Shown piece after piece: positions 31,996-40,646 of a DNA stretch of 64,000 nucleotides (its first letter is position 1; each line of letters begins with the position of its first letter). Source of the stretch: Chloroflexota bacterium (GTDB lineage: Bacteria > Chloroflexota > UBA11872 > VXOZ01). The position numbers were made by a program, and so were the translations under genes. The stretch is from the NCBI GenBank assembly GCA_963662335.2, contig CAXXVD010000005.1, positions 576,001 to 640,000 on the forward strand. Direction: 5' to 3'. Below the pieces are notes generated by a model that saw only the letters and a program-made list of their open reading frames with translations, was not told the origin of the DNA and made no database searches.

Positions 31996-32024
31996 TTGCC
32001 CGCCGGTAGGCCCCATGCTAGAAT
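31996..32024 (+). promoter_or_regulatory. Promoter for tRNA-Leu/greA
   Basis: TTGCCC-17 bp-TAGAAT with TG extension. Confidence 0.55.
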
Positions 32025-32067
32025 CAAGCAGGGAGCGCGCATCTGACTTGTGCGCGCCCGGCACGCG

Positions 32068-32152
32068 GCCGAAGTGGCGGAATTGGAAGACGCGCTACGT
32101 TCAGGGCGTAGTGGGCCTTGCGCTCGTGAGGGTTCGAATCCCTCCTTCGGCA
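32068..32152 (+). tRNA. tRNA-Leu(CAG)
   Basis: Acceptor GCCGAAG/CTTCGGC-A, D arm GGCGGAATTGG, anticodon arm CTACG-TTCAGGG-CGTAG, long variable arm, GGTTCGAATCC; followed by CCT (no full CCA). Confidence 0.95.
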
Positions 32153-32227
32153 CCTTTGGAGAGCAGTACGGCGCGAGAAACGTACCAGCAGCAAGACGGA
32201 CGAAGCCTCGCTTCGCAAGGAGCAGCC

Positions 32228-33061
32228 ATGAGCGCACAGGAGCCCAACCGGTTAGGCCCACTCTTCACCCGGTACGTGCAAGCAGTGGGCGTGGCAAAGC
32301 TCGACGGCGAAGAAGTGCAGCATCTCCGTAGATTTGTCAATTGGTGCGGGCCCGAGACGCGCATCGCGGCCATCCTCCTCCATCAATTGCAGACGTACCT
32401 CGACCACGTGGCATCCACCGCCGCCGACCCCAAGCCCTGCGCCACCGCGCTGCGCACCTTCTTCTCCTACGCGCTGAAGTCCGGCTGGCTCGAGACGAAT
32501 CCCGCCACCGGTCTGCGTACCTCCAAACGCACTACCAAGAGCGTCGGGCGAGTCGCCGCCGCCCAGGCCGGACCGACCTTCGTCAGCCGCGCGCGGCATG
32601 CGGAACTGACCGCCGAACTGGAGAAACTGCGCGGCGAGGGGCGCGAACGCATCAGCAAAATGCTCCACGCCGCCATCAAGGACGGCGACCTGCGCGAGAA
32701 CGCCGCCTATGACGAGGCCAAGTACCAGCAAGGCATGATGGAAGCCCGCATCCGTGAGTTGGAGCAGACGCTCCGCACCAGCGCGATCACCGAGGATGAG
32801 GCGGAAGCGGCAGCAGATGGAGCGGCCGCCGGCGATGAAGGCATCAAGATCGGCATGAAGGTCGAACTGGAACTCACCGACGGCAGCGAGAAACTCGCCT
32901 ACCAACTCGTCGGCCCCTCGGAAGTCGACCCGCTCGCGGGCCGCATCTCATACCTCTCGCCCGTCGGCGCCAGCCTCCTCACCAAGCGCGCCGGCGATAC
33001 CGTAGCGGTGGAAACGCCGGCCGGCAGCGAAACGTACCGCGTTCTCAGTTACTCTTTCTAG
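32228..33061 (+). CDS. greA: Transcription elongation factor GreA with N-terminal integrase SAM-like domain
   Basis: GDLRENAAYDEAK and ISYLSPVG Gre motifs; N-terminal ALRTFFSY..GWLETNPATGL; AAGGAG RBS. Confidence 0.85.
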   Translation: MSAQEPNRLGPLFTRYVQAVGVAKLDGEEVQHLRRFVNWCGPETRIAAILLHQLQTYLDHVASTAADPKPCATALRTFFSYALKSGWLETNPATGLRTSKRTTKSVGRVAAAQAGPTFVSRARHAELTAELEKLRGEGRERISKMLHAAIKDGDLRENAAYDEAKYQQGMMEARIRELEQTLRTSAITEDEAEAAADGAAAGDEGIKIGMKVELELTDGSEKLAYQLVGPSEVDPLAGRISYLSPVGASLLTKRAGDTVAVETPAGSETYRVLSYSF

Positions 33062-33083
33062 CCGGTTACTCTTTCTAGATTCG

Positions 33084-33620
33084 GCTTCTCTTTCTGGATA
33101 GCGCCGGCTCTTATAGTGTCGGCTCTTCAAGAAGCAACGCACAATCCGTCATTCCGGCGGAAGCCGGAATCCATCTCCGCCACCGAGCGCGCATCCTTTC
33201 CCAGGCGGGGGACAAGCCCCCGCGCTACTGCTCACCCTCACCCACGTGTCCGCCCTCTTTCCGGTCAGCTTCTCTTTCCAGATAGTGCCGGCTCTTATTG
33301 CGCCGGCTCTTCAAGAAGCAACGCACAATCCGTCATTCCGGCGGAAGCCGGAATCCATCTCCGCCACCGAGCGCGCATCCTTTCCCAGGCGGGGGACAAG
33401 CCCCCGCGCTACTGCTCATCCTCACCCATGTGCCCGCCCTCTTTCCGGTCAGCTTCTCTTTCCAGATAGTGCCGGCTCTTATTGCGCCGGCTCTTCAAGA
33501 AGCAACGCACAGTCCGTCATTCCGGCGGAAGCCGGAATCCATCTTTGCCGCCTTTCGCGCGTTCTTTCCCAAGCGGGGTACAAGCCCCCGCGCTACGGCT
33601 CACCCATGTGGCCCGCCCTC
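33084..33620 (+). repeat. 184-bp tandem array (about 3 units), each with a B-type and an inverted A-type palindrome
   Basis: Unit starts 33084, 33268, 33452; GGCTCTTCAAGAAGC at 33121, 33305, 33489. Confidence 0.92.
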
Positions 33621-33806
33621 TACAATGTGCAAATGACATGCAGTCGCTTGCGCTGTTTGCCATCTATCGCGCATTCTTTCCCAAGCGAGTGACAAGCCCC
33701 CGCGCTACGTTAGTGCGATACCATTGCTGCCCTAGTGCCTCCCTACGGCGGACTGGTACAATACGGAGTCAGCGGCGCGCGTTCGTGCAGCATCTAGGAA
33801 GCATCC

Positions 33807-34253
33807 ATGGAGAATCTCGTCACAGTCCTGCGCTACGTCATTGCCTTTCTCATCGCCTACACGCTCTCGCTCTGGGTTGCGCTCGCTATCTGGGCGTATT
33901 TCGACATCCGCGCGCGCACCGGCGACATTCTGGTGCAGATCTTCTCCGTGCTTCTCGTGCTGGCGTTCAACGTCTTCGGCCTGATACTCTACCTCTTCCT
34001 CCGTCCCAAGGAGACCCTGGCGGAAAACTACGTGCTGGCGCTGGAAGAGGAGGCCTATCTGGCGGAGATCGAGGGCTTTCCGCGCTGCCCTTCCTGCAAC
34101 CGCCGCACGGAGCACGACTACCGGTACTGTCCGACGTGCCAAACGCAACTGAAGAGGCGGTGCACGGGCTGCAAGAACCACGTCCACGTGCAGTGGGAGG
34201 CGTGCGCCTACTGCGGCACGTCGCTGCGCTCGCAACCCAACACGGTTGTATAG
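33807..34253 (+). CDS. Membrane protein with double zinc ribbon
   Basis: Two N-terminal TM, YLFLRPKETL, four CxxC pairs; TGGTACAAT extended -10 at 33754. Confidence 0.85.
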   Translation: MENLVTVLRYVIAFLIAYTLSLWVALAIWAYFDIRARTGDILVQIFSVLLVLAFNVFGLILYLFLRPKETLAENYVLALEEEAYLAEIEGFPRCPSCNRRTEHDYRYCPTCQTQLKRRCTGCKNHVHVQWEACAYCGTSLRSQPNTVV

Positions 34254-34395
34254 ATGAACCGGGGCGATGGCGGCAGAAGGCAGCGGCCTTTGCCACGTCA
34301 ATCCTCGCCAAGAGCAGACTCTATCTCGCCAATAGTGTATTCGCGCCCCGCCGCCGCGCGCCCGCGCCACGCGCCGCTGGAACCCGAGGCCTGAC

Positions 34396-35145
34396 GTGCC
34401 GCCGAACCGCAGCCAAGACGCCGAATCCCCCGCCCCGGACGCCGATCGGCTCTCCGTCCGCGAGTGGCCGGCGGCGGAGCGCCCGCGCGAGCGTCTGCGC
34501 GACCTGGGCCCCGCGCACCTCTCCAGCGCCGAGTTGCTCGCCATCATCCTGCGCACCGGCACCCGCGAGCACTCGGTGGTGGCGCTCGCCCAACGCCTCT
34601 TGGAGACCCACGGCGGGCCCGGCGGCCTGGCGCGCGTCAGCTTTCGGCAATTGACCCAGTTTCCCGGCGTCGGCGAGGCGAAAGTGGCCCAAGTCAAAGC
34701 GGCGCTGGAGCTAGGCCGCCGCGCCGCCGCCAGCGCGCCGCCCGACCGGCCGACAATCCGCTCGGTCAGCGACGCGCAGAGCTACCTGCTCCCCGACTTC
34801 GTGGACGAGGAGCAGGAGAAGTTCATGGTCGTGCTGCTCGATACCAAGCATCACGTGGTGGGCAAAGTGACCCTGTACCGCGGCACGCTCAACCAGACCG
34901 CGGTGCGCCCGGCCGAGGTCTTCCGCGAGGCCGTGCGCGCCAACTGCGCCGCCGTGCTGGTGGCCCACAACCACCCCAGCGGCGATCCCAGCCCTTCCGG
35001 GGATGACGTGGCCATGACCACCCAACTGGCGCAAAGCGGCGCGCTCCTGGGCATCGACCTTGTCGACCACATCATCATGACCCGCCACAGCGCGCTCTCC
35101 CTGCGCGAACGAGGGCTGGGATTCTCCGGCCGGAGCGGCAAGTGA
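34396..35145 (+). CDS. radC: RadC (UPF0758, JAB domain) protein
   Basis: RPRERL, ELLAIILRTG, HNHPSGDPSPS..D, DHII. Confidence 0.95.
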   Translation: MPPNRSQDAESPAPDADRLSVREWPAAERPRERLRDLGPAHLSSAELLAIILRTGTREHSVVALAQRLLETHGGPGGLARVSFRQLTQFPGVGEAKVAQVKAALELGRRAAASAPPDRPTIRSVSDAQSYLLPDFVDEEQEKFMVVLLDTKHHVVGKVTLYRGTLNQTAVRPAEVFREAVRANCAAVLVAHNHPSGDPSPSGDDVAMTTQLAQSGALLGIDLVDHIIMTRHSALSLRERGLGFSGRSGK

Positions 35146-35239
35146 ACGGGCGTTGTATCCGCCTGGCGGCGCACGCGCCCGCCCCGCAAGGCGTAACACG
35201 CACCGCATGATGCTATGCTAGAGAGTACGGGAAGTTTCC

Positions 35240-35309
35240 GTCATTCCCGCGCACGCGGGAATCCATCTTCGCCGCCTTCCCGATAGATTCCCGCTTTCGC
35301 GGGAATGAC
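35240..35309. repeat. Inverted doublet of family B (ATTCCC-N8-GGGAAT) repeat
   Basis: GTCATTCCCGCGCACGCGGGAATCC and AGATTCCCGCTTTCGCGGGAATGAC. Confidence 0.85.
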
Positions 35310-35404
35310 GGTCAGGCGACCGGCACGCACAGTCAAATACCCATGCGCCATGCGCGCAGGCGCCAGCCAACACGTGCCATCGCTCACATCGCAGGAGGCC
35401 CGCC

Positions 35405-35998
35405 ACGAAAGCGTTTGCGAAAGAAGTCCTGCAAACACTGCTCCTCACCGCCGTCATCTTCTTTGGCGCGCGGCTGGCGGTACAGAACTACCGCGTCGAG
35501 GGGAGCAGCATGTACGGCACCCTGCACCATCACGAGTACGTCCTGGTCAACAAGCTGGCGTACGTCCGCTCGGAACCGCAACACGGTGACATCATCGTCT
35601 TCAACTATCCGCTCGAGCCGGCGGAGCAATTCGTGAAGCGCGTCATCGCGGTGCCGGGTGACGTGATCGAGATTCGCCAAGGAATCGTCTACGTCAATGG
35701 CGAGAAGATCGTCGAACCCTACGTCACCAGCGGCGCCCAGATCGCCGGCCTGACGGTCCGCGACGAACTCTCCGACCGCATCGTGCCTGCCGGTTCGTAC
35801 TTCGTCATGGGCGACAACCGGCGCGGCAGCCGCGATTCCCGCGAGTGGGGCTTCTTGCCGCGCAAGTTCATCGTGGGCAAGGTCTGGGTGGCGTACTGGC
35901 CGCCGGAAGACTTTGGCGTTGTCGAGCACTTCCAGCTTGTCGTGCCGGCGCCGGGCGGGAGTAAAGAGTCCGCCGGTATCGAAAAGGTTGCGCCCTAG
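35405..35998 (+). CDS. lepB: Signal peptidase I (probable ACG start)
   Basis: TM anchor + VEGSSM (catalytic Ser), FVKRVIA (Lys), GDNR..SRDSR; AGGAGG at 35393-35398 then ACG. Confidence 0.88.
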   Translation, partial: TKAFAKEVLQTLLLTAVIFFGARLAVQNYRVEGSSMYGTLHHHEYVLVNKLAYVRSEPQHGDIIVFNYPLEPAEQFVKRVIAVPGDVIEIRQGIVYVNGEKIVEPYVTSGAQIAGLTVRDELSDRIVPAGSYFVMGDNRRGSRDSREWGFLPRKFIVGKVWVAYWPPEDFGVVEHFQLVVPAPGGSKESAGIEKVAP

Positions 35999-36429
35999 TG
36001 TCTTTCGATCTCTTCACGTACCTGTTCGCGGCCCCGGGGCCGCCGGGAACCTTCTACCGCCAAATTGCGCCGCTCCTCACGATCGGCTTCGGCGTCGGCC
36101 TGGGCATCTCATTCGTCTACTATCTCATCAGCGGCATGCTCTTCGGCGGCAGCCCGCTGCGCCGCCTGGCGGTGCGGGTGGTGCTGCTTACGAGCATGGT
36201 CGTCAACGGCCTCGGCCTGCTGGGCGTCTTCCTGCGCCAGGCCCAATGGGGCATTCTCTCGTACCGCTTCGTGCTCGTCCTCATCGTCATTCTCCAGGTC
36301 TACCTCTTGGTCAGGACGTTCTGGTACCTCATGCGCGAATTGCCCCGCAGAATAGCCGAGTCCGCCGACGATAAGAAGAAGCCGTCGGGAGGACGACGCA
36401 AGCGCGGGGCGCGGCGCAAGAAACGCTAA
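35998..36429 (+). CDS. Hypothetical membrane protein (3 TM, basic tail)
   Basis: Hydrophobic helices, coupled to lepB stop. Confidence 0.7.
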   Translation: MSFDLFTYLFAAPGPPGTFYRQIAPLLTIGFGVGLGISFVYYLISGMLFGGSPLRRLAVRVVLLTSMVVNGLGLLGVFLRQAQWGILSYRFVLVLIVILQVYLLVRTFWYLMRELPRRIAESADDKKKPSGGRRKRGARRKKR

Positions 36430-36453
36430 CCGCCAGTCACAGATTGCCTACCG

Positions 36454-37212
36454 ATGTCTCCGCCGGATGACCCCGCTCAGCCTTTGCCCACGTTGCGCGC
36501 CCGCTGCGCGGCCTTAGGCGTCCCGCTTGCTCCCGAGCAAGTCCGCCGCCTCCACGGCTACCTGGAACTGCTCTTAGAGCGGCGCGGGCGGGTAAACGTC
36601 ACCGGCATTCGCGAGCCCGCGCAGGCGGAGCGGCTCCTCTTGCTCGAATCGATTGCCGCCGCAGCGGTGGCGCCGCTGCTGGCCGCCTCCAGTGGGCGGG
36701 ATTCGCTCCGGCTGCTGGACGTAGGCGCCGGCGGCGGCATCCCCGGCATACCGCTGGCGATTGCCTTTCCGCGCCTCGCGGTGACGCTGCTCGACGCCAC
36801 GCGCAAGAAGGTGGACTTTGCGCAACACGCCGCTGACGCGCTCGCGCTGGATAACGTCACGGCGGCATGGGGGCGCGCCGAGGAACTGGCGCACGCGCCC
36901 AAACATCGGGAGCAATATGATGTCGTTACGGTGCGAGGCGTGGGCCGCCTTGCCACCGTAGCGGAACTTGCGCTGCCATTCTGCGCGCGCGGCGGCGTGC
37001 TGGCGGCTTTCAAGTCCCTGCCGCTGGACGCTGAACTGGCGGAAGCGCAGCACGCAATCCGCACGCTGGGCGGCGGCGACGCCCGCGTAACGCCCTTCAA
37101 CCTGCCCGAACTGCCGCCGCAACACTGCCTGGTGACGGTGAGGAAGGCCGCGTCCACGCCGCGCCGGTATCCCCGCCGCGCGGGACTTCCCGCAAAACGG
37201 CCCCTCCGCTAG
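36454..37212 (+). CDS. rsmG: 16S rRNA m7G527 methyltransferase
   Basis: LLDVGAGGGIPGIPLAI, LLDATRKK, RAEE, REQYDVV, TPRRYPR. Confidence 0.92.
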   Translation: MSPPDDPAQPLPTLRARCAALGVPLAPEQVRRLHGYLELLLERRGRVNVTGIREPAQAERLLLLESIAAAAVAPLLAASSGRDSLRLLDVGAGGGIPGIPLAIAFPRLAVTLLDATRKKVDFAQHAADALALDNVTAAWGRAEELAHAPKHREQYDVVTVRGVGRLATVAELALPFCARGGVLAAFKSLPLDAELAEAQHAIRTLGGGDARVTPFNLPELPPQHCLVTVRKAASTPRRYPRRAGLPAKRPLR

Positions 37213-37265
37213 CCGCTGCGCGGGCGCCTTCACCAAAGACGCCAAACCTACCACCGCAGAGCTAA

Positions 37266-37400
37266 CATTCCGTTCGCTTAGGGCCAACATTCCGTTCGCG
37301 CTGAGCCTGTCGAAGCGCTCCGTTCCGGGCCCAAGTTTGACGCCGGGGTGAACGCAAAGAGCGATACACCCGTTCATGCTGAGCCTGTCGAAGCGCGAAC
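37266..37400. repeat. Family D repeats (CCGTTCGCGCTGAGCCTGTCGAAGCG)
   Basis: Copies at ~37291 and ~37370; also 5835 and 63920. Confidence 0.8.
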
Positions 37401-37429
37401 GGGCGCAGAACCAGGCCCTGCGCCAGGCG

Positions 37430-38179
37430 CTACAACTCTCCCGCCGCCTCGCTATCCACCAGCAGCGTCACGCGGCGGTGGAGTTGGAGAAAGGAGGCCG
37501 GCAACCACGGCGACACGGGCCCGTGCACGGTTGTGCCCACCGCCAGCGCCTTATTCGCGCCGCTGGCAAGCAAGAGGATCCGCTTTGCCCTGAGAATCGT
37601 CCCCATGCCCATCGTGATGGCGTTATGCGGAAACTCCTCCGGCGAGGAGAACGGATTCTCGGCGCGACCGCGCCAGTACTTGTAGGCCAGGCTGCGCGTT
37701 TCGGAGTGAAGCAGCTCGACGTGCACCTCCGCCTGCAGCGACGGGTTGGGCTCGTTGAAGCCGACGTGGCCGTTTTCTCCAATGCCCAGCACCGCCAGGC
37801 CCAGTTCTCCCGCTTCCACAATCGCCTGCGCATAGGCGTCGCACTCGGCCTCGAGATCCGGCGCAATGCCGTTTGGAATATGCATCCGCTCCGGCGCAAG
37901 GTTGACGTGGGAGAAGAGATGCTCCCGCATGTACGTTTGGTAACTGGCCGGATGCGCCGGCCCCAAGCCGCAGTATTCGTCCAGATTGAACGTGCGCGCC
38001 CGGGAGAAGTCCGCCTCCCCGCGCGCGTGCGCCGCCGCAAGCCGGCGGTACATGCCCACGGGCGTCGCGCCGGTGGGCAGCCCCAGCACAAGCTGCGGCT
38101 CGGCCCGCAAGGCCGCGCAGACGATTTCCGCCGCGCGCAGGCTCATCTCCGCGTACGACGGCGCCACGACGATTTCCAT
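37430..38179 (-). CDS. nagB: Glucosamine-6-phosphate deaminase
   Basis: LGLPTGATP, FNLDEY, LGIGENGHVGFNEP, AITMGMGTI, PASFLQLH. Confidence 0.95.
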   Translation of the reverse strand: MEIVVAPSYAEMSLRAAEIVCAALRAEPQLVLGLPTGATPVGMYRRLAAAHARGEADFSRARTFNLDEYCGLGPAHPASYQTYMREHLFSHVNLAPERMHIPNGIAPDLEAECDAYAQAIVEAGELGLAVLGIGENGHVGFNEPNPSLQAEVHVELLHSETRSLAYKYWRGRAENPFSSPEEFPHNAITMGMGTILRAKRILLLASGANKALAVGTTVHGPVSPWLPASFLQLHRRVTLLVDSEAAGEL

Positions 38180-38346
38180 GTGCCCCCCTTTCTTGTCCGC
38201 GCCCATTATACACAGATGCCGCGCGCGGCTATGGCGGCGCCAAACCGCGCGTGGTCCCAGCGTAGAGCAAGGGAGATCGGACTGCGCTATACTTGCTGAA
38301 AGTGTAGATCCCACCGCACGAGCAGAAAAACGGCAAGGGAGGCAAA

Positions 38347-39540
38347 ATGGCGGTGCAACCGGCTGAACTCTCCGCGCACGTCGACGCGGACGAACTGGTA
38401 GCCCTTGCCGCCGGCTTGGCGCGCATTCCCAGCGAGATTCCCCATGAAGGCGCAATCGCGCAATTCCTCGCCGCCGAGATGCGCAAGACACGGGCCTTCG
38501 ATGAAGTGCACCTGCAGGACGTCGTGCCGGGGCGGCCTAACGTCATCGGCGTCGTGCGCGGCAGCGGCGGCGGGCCGAATCTGCTGTTCAACGGCCACCT
38601 CGACACCGGCGCGCCCGCGGGCGCGTGGTCGCGGGACCCCTACGACGTCTACGAGGCGGACGGGTATCTCCACGGCTTTGGGCTGACGGACATGAAAGGC
38701 GCGGTGGCCTGCCTGGTCAAGGCGGCGGAAGCGGTCGCGCGCGCCGGCGTGCGTCCAACCGGCGACCTGGTCGTGTCCGCCGTGGTGCACCACGACGTCT
38801 GCGGCTTGGGCACCAAGTTCTTCCTGGAATCCAACGACCGCCCCTTCGCCATGTGCATCAACGGCGAGCCAACCGGCTTGCGCCTGCAACTGGCCCACGG
38901 CGGCGCCTGGCAATTCGAACTGACCACCCACGGCAGAGCCGAGCACATCAGCCGGCGCGAGGGCGGCATAGACGCCAACGCCAAGATGTTCAAACTCCTC
39001 GCCGCGCTGGACGAACGCGCGCTGACGTTCGACCCGGCCGCCGCCATCGAGGGACTGCCGCGCCTGGTGGTGGGCGCGATTAACGGCGGTACCGCGCCCT
39101 CGCGCACGGCGGAAACGTGCACGGCGCGCGGCGACGTGCGCATCGTGCCCGGCATGACCGCCGACACGCTCACCGCCGACTTCCGACGGGTGATTGCGGA
39201 CATCGCGGCCGGCGACCCGGAGTTCCGCGCCGGCGTGCGCACGCTGGTCTACCAGCGCCCCTTCCATATCGACGCCGACGCCCTGGTGGTGGCGCTCACG
39301 GCCCAGGCGCACCGCGACGTGACCGGCGAAGAACCGGAATCTTCAGCCGGACTGCCGGTAAGCAGTTACGTCACCGATGCCGCCGACATCGTGCGCCACG
39401 GCATCCCGACCATCGTCTACGGCCCCAGCAACTGGCGCATGGTGCCCGACGAGCGCATCAGCATCGCCGAGATGGTCACCGCCACGCAGGTCTACGCTCT
39501 TGCCGCGGCGCGTGTTGTTACCGGTGAGAGCGGCGCCTAG
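38347..39540 (+). CDS. M20 family (ArgE/DapE-like) amidohydrolase, atypical active site
   Basis: GRPNV, FNGHLDT, TDMKG, GEPT, TDA; HHD at the usual EE position. Confidence 0.8.
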   Translation: MAVQPAELSAHVDADELVALAAGLARIPSEIPHEGAIAQFLAAEMRKTRAFDEVHLQDVVPGRPNVIGVVRGSGGGPNLLFNGHLDTGAPAGAWSRDPYDVYEADGYLHGFGLTDMKGAVACLVKAAEAVARAGVRPTGDLVVSAVVHHDVCGLGTKFFLESNDRPFAMCINGEPTGLRLQLAHGGAWQFELTTHGRAEHISRREGGIDANAKMFKLLAALDERALTFDPAAAIEGLPRLVVGAINGGTAPSRTAETCTARGDVRIVPGMTADTLTADFRRVIADIAAGDPEFRAGVRTLVYQRPFHIDADALVVALTAQAHRDVTGEEPESSAGLPVSSYVTDAADIVRHGIPTIVYGPSNWRMVPDERISIAEMVTATQVYALAAARVVTGESGA

Positions 39541-39553
39541 CGCGGGAAGTCGC

Positions 39554-39599
39554 GTAGGGGCGCTTTCCTGCGTAGGGGCGCTTCGCGAAGCGCCCCTAC
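39554..39599. repeat. Family G GTAG palindrome between convergent genes
   Basis: Perfect GTAGGGGCGCTTCGCGAAGCGCCCCTAC 39572-39599 plus half copy at 39554. Confidence 0.85.
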
Positions 39600-39608
39600 C
39601 ACGTTGGG

Positions 39609-40538
39609 CTACGCGCCGCTGCCGTTGGAACGCGGCGGGTTGGGCGCCGAATCGACGATGCCGCTCAGGCCGCCGGCCAGTTTCGCCAACTCGATGGGGA
39701 AGACCCATTTGGTGGACGGACTCTCCGCCATGTTCTGCAGCGTTTGCAGGTACTGGATGAGCATAGTGTTGGAGTCCACCGTCTGCGCGATCTGAAAGAC
39801 GTGGTCGATGGCGGTGGCGTAACCCTCGGCGCGCAGCGACTGCGCCTCTCGTTCGGCCTCGGCGCGCAGGATCGTCGCCTGGCGGTCGCCCTCGGCCTTG
39901 AGAATCTCGGATTGCTTGTCGCCCTCGGCCACCAGGATTGCCGACTGCTTCTGGCCGCCGGCCTCGGTGACCATGGCGCGCCGGTTGCGCTCGGCGGACA
40001 TCTGGCGGTTCATCGCGTCCTGCACCTCGCGCGGCGGCAGGATCTCGCGGATTTCCACCGTCGTCACCTTCACGCCCCAGCGGGCGGTCACTTCGTCCAG
40101 CTTCGTGCGCAGGATGTTGTTGATCTGCTCCCGCTTGGCCAGCACGTCGTCCAGGGAAATGTCGCCAATGACCGCGCGCAGCGTGGTGGTGGCAATACCT
40201 TGCGAGGCGCCGGCGAAGTTCGCCACCTGCACCACGCTGTCGTGCGGATTGGTGACTTTCCAGTAGATGAGAAAGTCAATGAGAATTGGCGCGTTGTCCG
40301 AGGTGATGCAACTCTGCTGCGGGATTTCCAGGAATTGCTCGCGCAGGTCGACGCGCACCGGCCGGTCGATGATCGGCCAGAGCCAGACGATGCCCGGCCC
40401 GCGTGGGTCCGCCAATACCCGCCCCAGCCGGAAGACCACCAGCCGCTCGTACTCCGCCACGATCTTGATCGCTGAGTACAAGAGCCAGACCAACAGGATC
40501 GCAAGGACGACAATCAATCCGATCGTTTGACCGTTCAT
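39609..40538 (-). CDS. SPFH/band 7 (stomatin-like) protein
   Basis: YERLVVFRLG, TTLRAVIG, WGVKVTTVEI, AERNRRA. Confidence 0.93.
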   Translation of the reverse strand: MNGQTIGLIVVLAILLVWLLYSAIKIVAEYERLVVFRLGRVLADPRGPGIVWLWPIIDRPVRVDLREQFLEIPQQSCITSDNAPILIDFLIYWKVTNPHDSVVQVANFAGASQGIATTTLRAVIGDISLDDVLAKREQINNILRTKLDEVTARWGVKVTTVEIREILPPREVQDAMNRQMSAERNRRAMVTEAGGQKQSAILVAEGDKQSEILKAEGDRQATILRAEAEREAQSLRAEGYATAIDHVFQIAQTVDSNTMLIQYLQTLQNMAESPSTKWVFPIELAKLAGGLSGIVDSAPNPPRSNGSGA

Positions 40539-40646
40539 AGCGCGAGACCCTCTCCTCTCTGCGTGCGCATGGTATGTTGACTACACTTCGTTGTTTACCG
40601 CCGTTCCGCGCGGCGGTTCAAGCCCGTCTTTCACGTCCCGGAGCGG

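Noticed and set aside
32068-33620. Prophage or genomic island at tRNA-Leu
   Set aside because: No catalytic integrase domain, no second copy of the tRNA 3' end found, and downstream genes are housekeeping
33116-33692. ORFs with repeated peptides (RRGTSPRAT, SFRRKPES)
   Set aside because: Translations of the 184-bp non-triplet repeat; no RBS or domain
34396-35145. radC as a mobile-element or anti-restriction marker
   Set aside because: Full-length chromosomal type in a housekeeping context
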